From contig NW_026889803.1 in NCBI RefSeq assembly GCF_033153115.1, positions 37,634,001 to 37,698,000 of the forward strand: a DNA stretch of 64,000 bases. Reading direction: 5' to 3'. The notes under the pieces are model-generated. The model was not told the origin of the DNA. It ran no database searches and saw nothing but the letters and a program-made list of their open reading frames with translations. The translations under genes were made by a program, and so were the position numbers. Shown here piece by piece: positions 63,130-64,000 of the stretch (its first letter is position 1; each line of letters starts with the position of its first letter). This DNA is from Saccostrea echinata. Taxonomy: Eukaryota.

Positions 63130-64000
63130 GGCAGTACACAGATCATATTTCGGCGAATTTAGACTTTTTTCGTAAAATTTAACATTGATAAATCGGAAAA
63201 GCCATAGATAAAACATTTACTATTATTATCCATTGTATAGACGTCATTGAGTCTTAGGCTAAAAGAAGCACCCCACTACGACGTCATCACGTGACGTCTA
63301 TAAATAGAAAAATTGCCTTAATGAAAAAGTGAAAAGTTCAACACTACCCCGTGGATAATTCATTTCTTTTTGTGAAAATGATTATGTAAAAACATCACTG
63401 GACCATGAAAAGTGCTGCTAGAATCCTACTCTCCAAACACAGAAAAAAATATTCCAAAGTTTCGCATGAAACCTTACCAGAATTTTTACATTTTATACAT
63501 ACGATCAAGGAATTGTCATGAATTTATGTTAACCACACGATTCTAGCAGCACTTTCCAAGTACTATAGAATATAAGCTTTCGATACATACGAAAATTATG
63601 TTTCACAGTATGCGGCGTAGTGTTGAACTTTTGCAACTTTGTTGTTATAGAGCGACAGAGGAAAGGCTGATCAGGATTTCAAAGCACTGCCTGTGTTCAT
63701 TACAAGAAAACATGATAAGAATATATAAGCGTACCTGATTCATAATCTTTAATTCCTTATGAATCACACATAACATCCACGGTATATGCTTTAAAACTCC
63801 CATTTCATATATTTGTTTACATGAATTCTCGTCACGTTTCATTTTTCACTCGGCAAATATTTGATCAATAGTTATGACGTCATGGGTTTGGTATTTAACC
63901 CCCGTGATAAATACTTAGCTATTTATACCACCCAAAAACGACAAGATTTAGTTTATATTATGTTTTTGAATGATTCCATTCATTTCTTGGACCTAAAATT
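63130..64000. mobile_element. Probable left end of a third TTAA-inserting element
   Basis: TTAA|GGCAGTACAC coincides with the abrupt end of ORF homology. The right end is not in the window. Confidence 0.4.
63400..63565. mobile_element. Small MITE
   Basis: Inverted repeat AAAGTGCTGCTAGAATC / GATTCTAGCAGCACTTT. Confidence 0.6.

Overview
AT-rich, repeat-dense eukaryotic DNA, most likely an oyster or other bivalve (inferred from Cg170/BIV160-like satellite units inside Helentron-type elements and from the repeat repertoire). The only host gene I can support is a class A GPCR with a single coding exon on the minus strand (30944-32101). The rest is a mosaic of mobile elements. (1) A Ty3/Gypsy provirus at 1-8081 has a tRNA-Leu PBS, gag, and a pol lacking the RT core. 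It carries an extra ORF in the env position that encodes two C2H2 zinc fingers and an unknown domain. (2) A second, divergent LTR remnant at 59486-63125 (minus strand) carries a homolog of that extra ORF. (3) A complete 361-bp TRIM at 42926-43286 has a tRNA-like gene in each LTR. (4) Penelope-like elements with an N-terminal GIY-YIG domain (Naiad type) are present, one with TGA codons at conserved Cys positions. (5) There are also tRNA-derived SINEs of two families, Helentron-type HINEs, hAT/mariner/Harbinger/Kolobok-like MITEs, and five non-coding elements built around ~110-190 bp terminal hairpins. All translations and alignments were done by eye, and no database searches were run.
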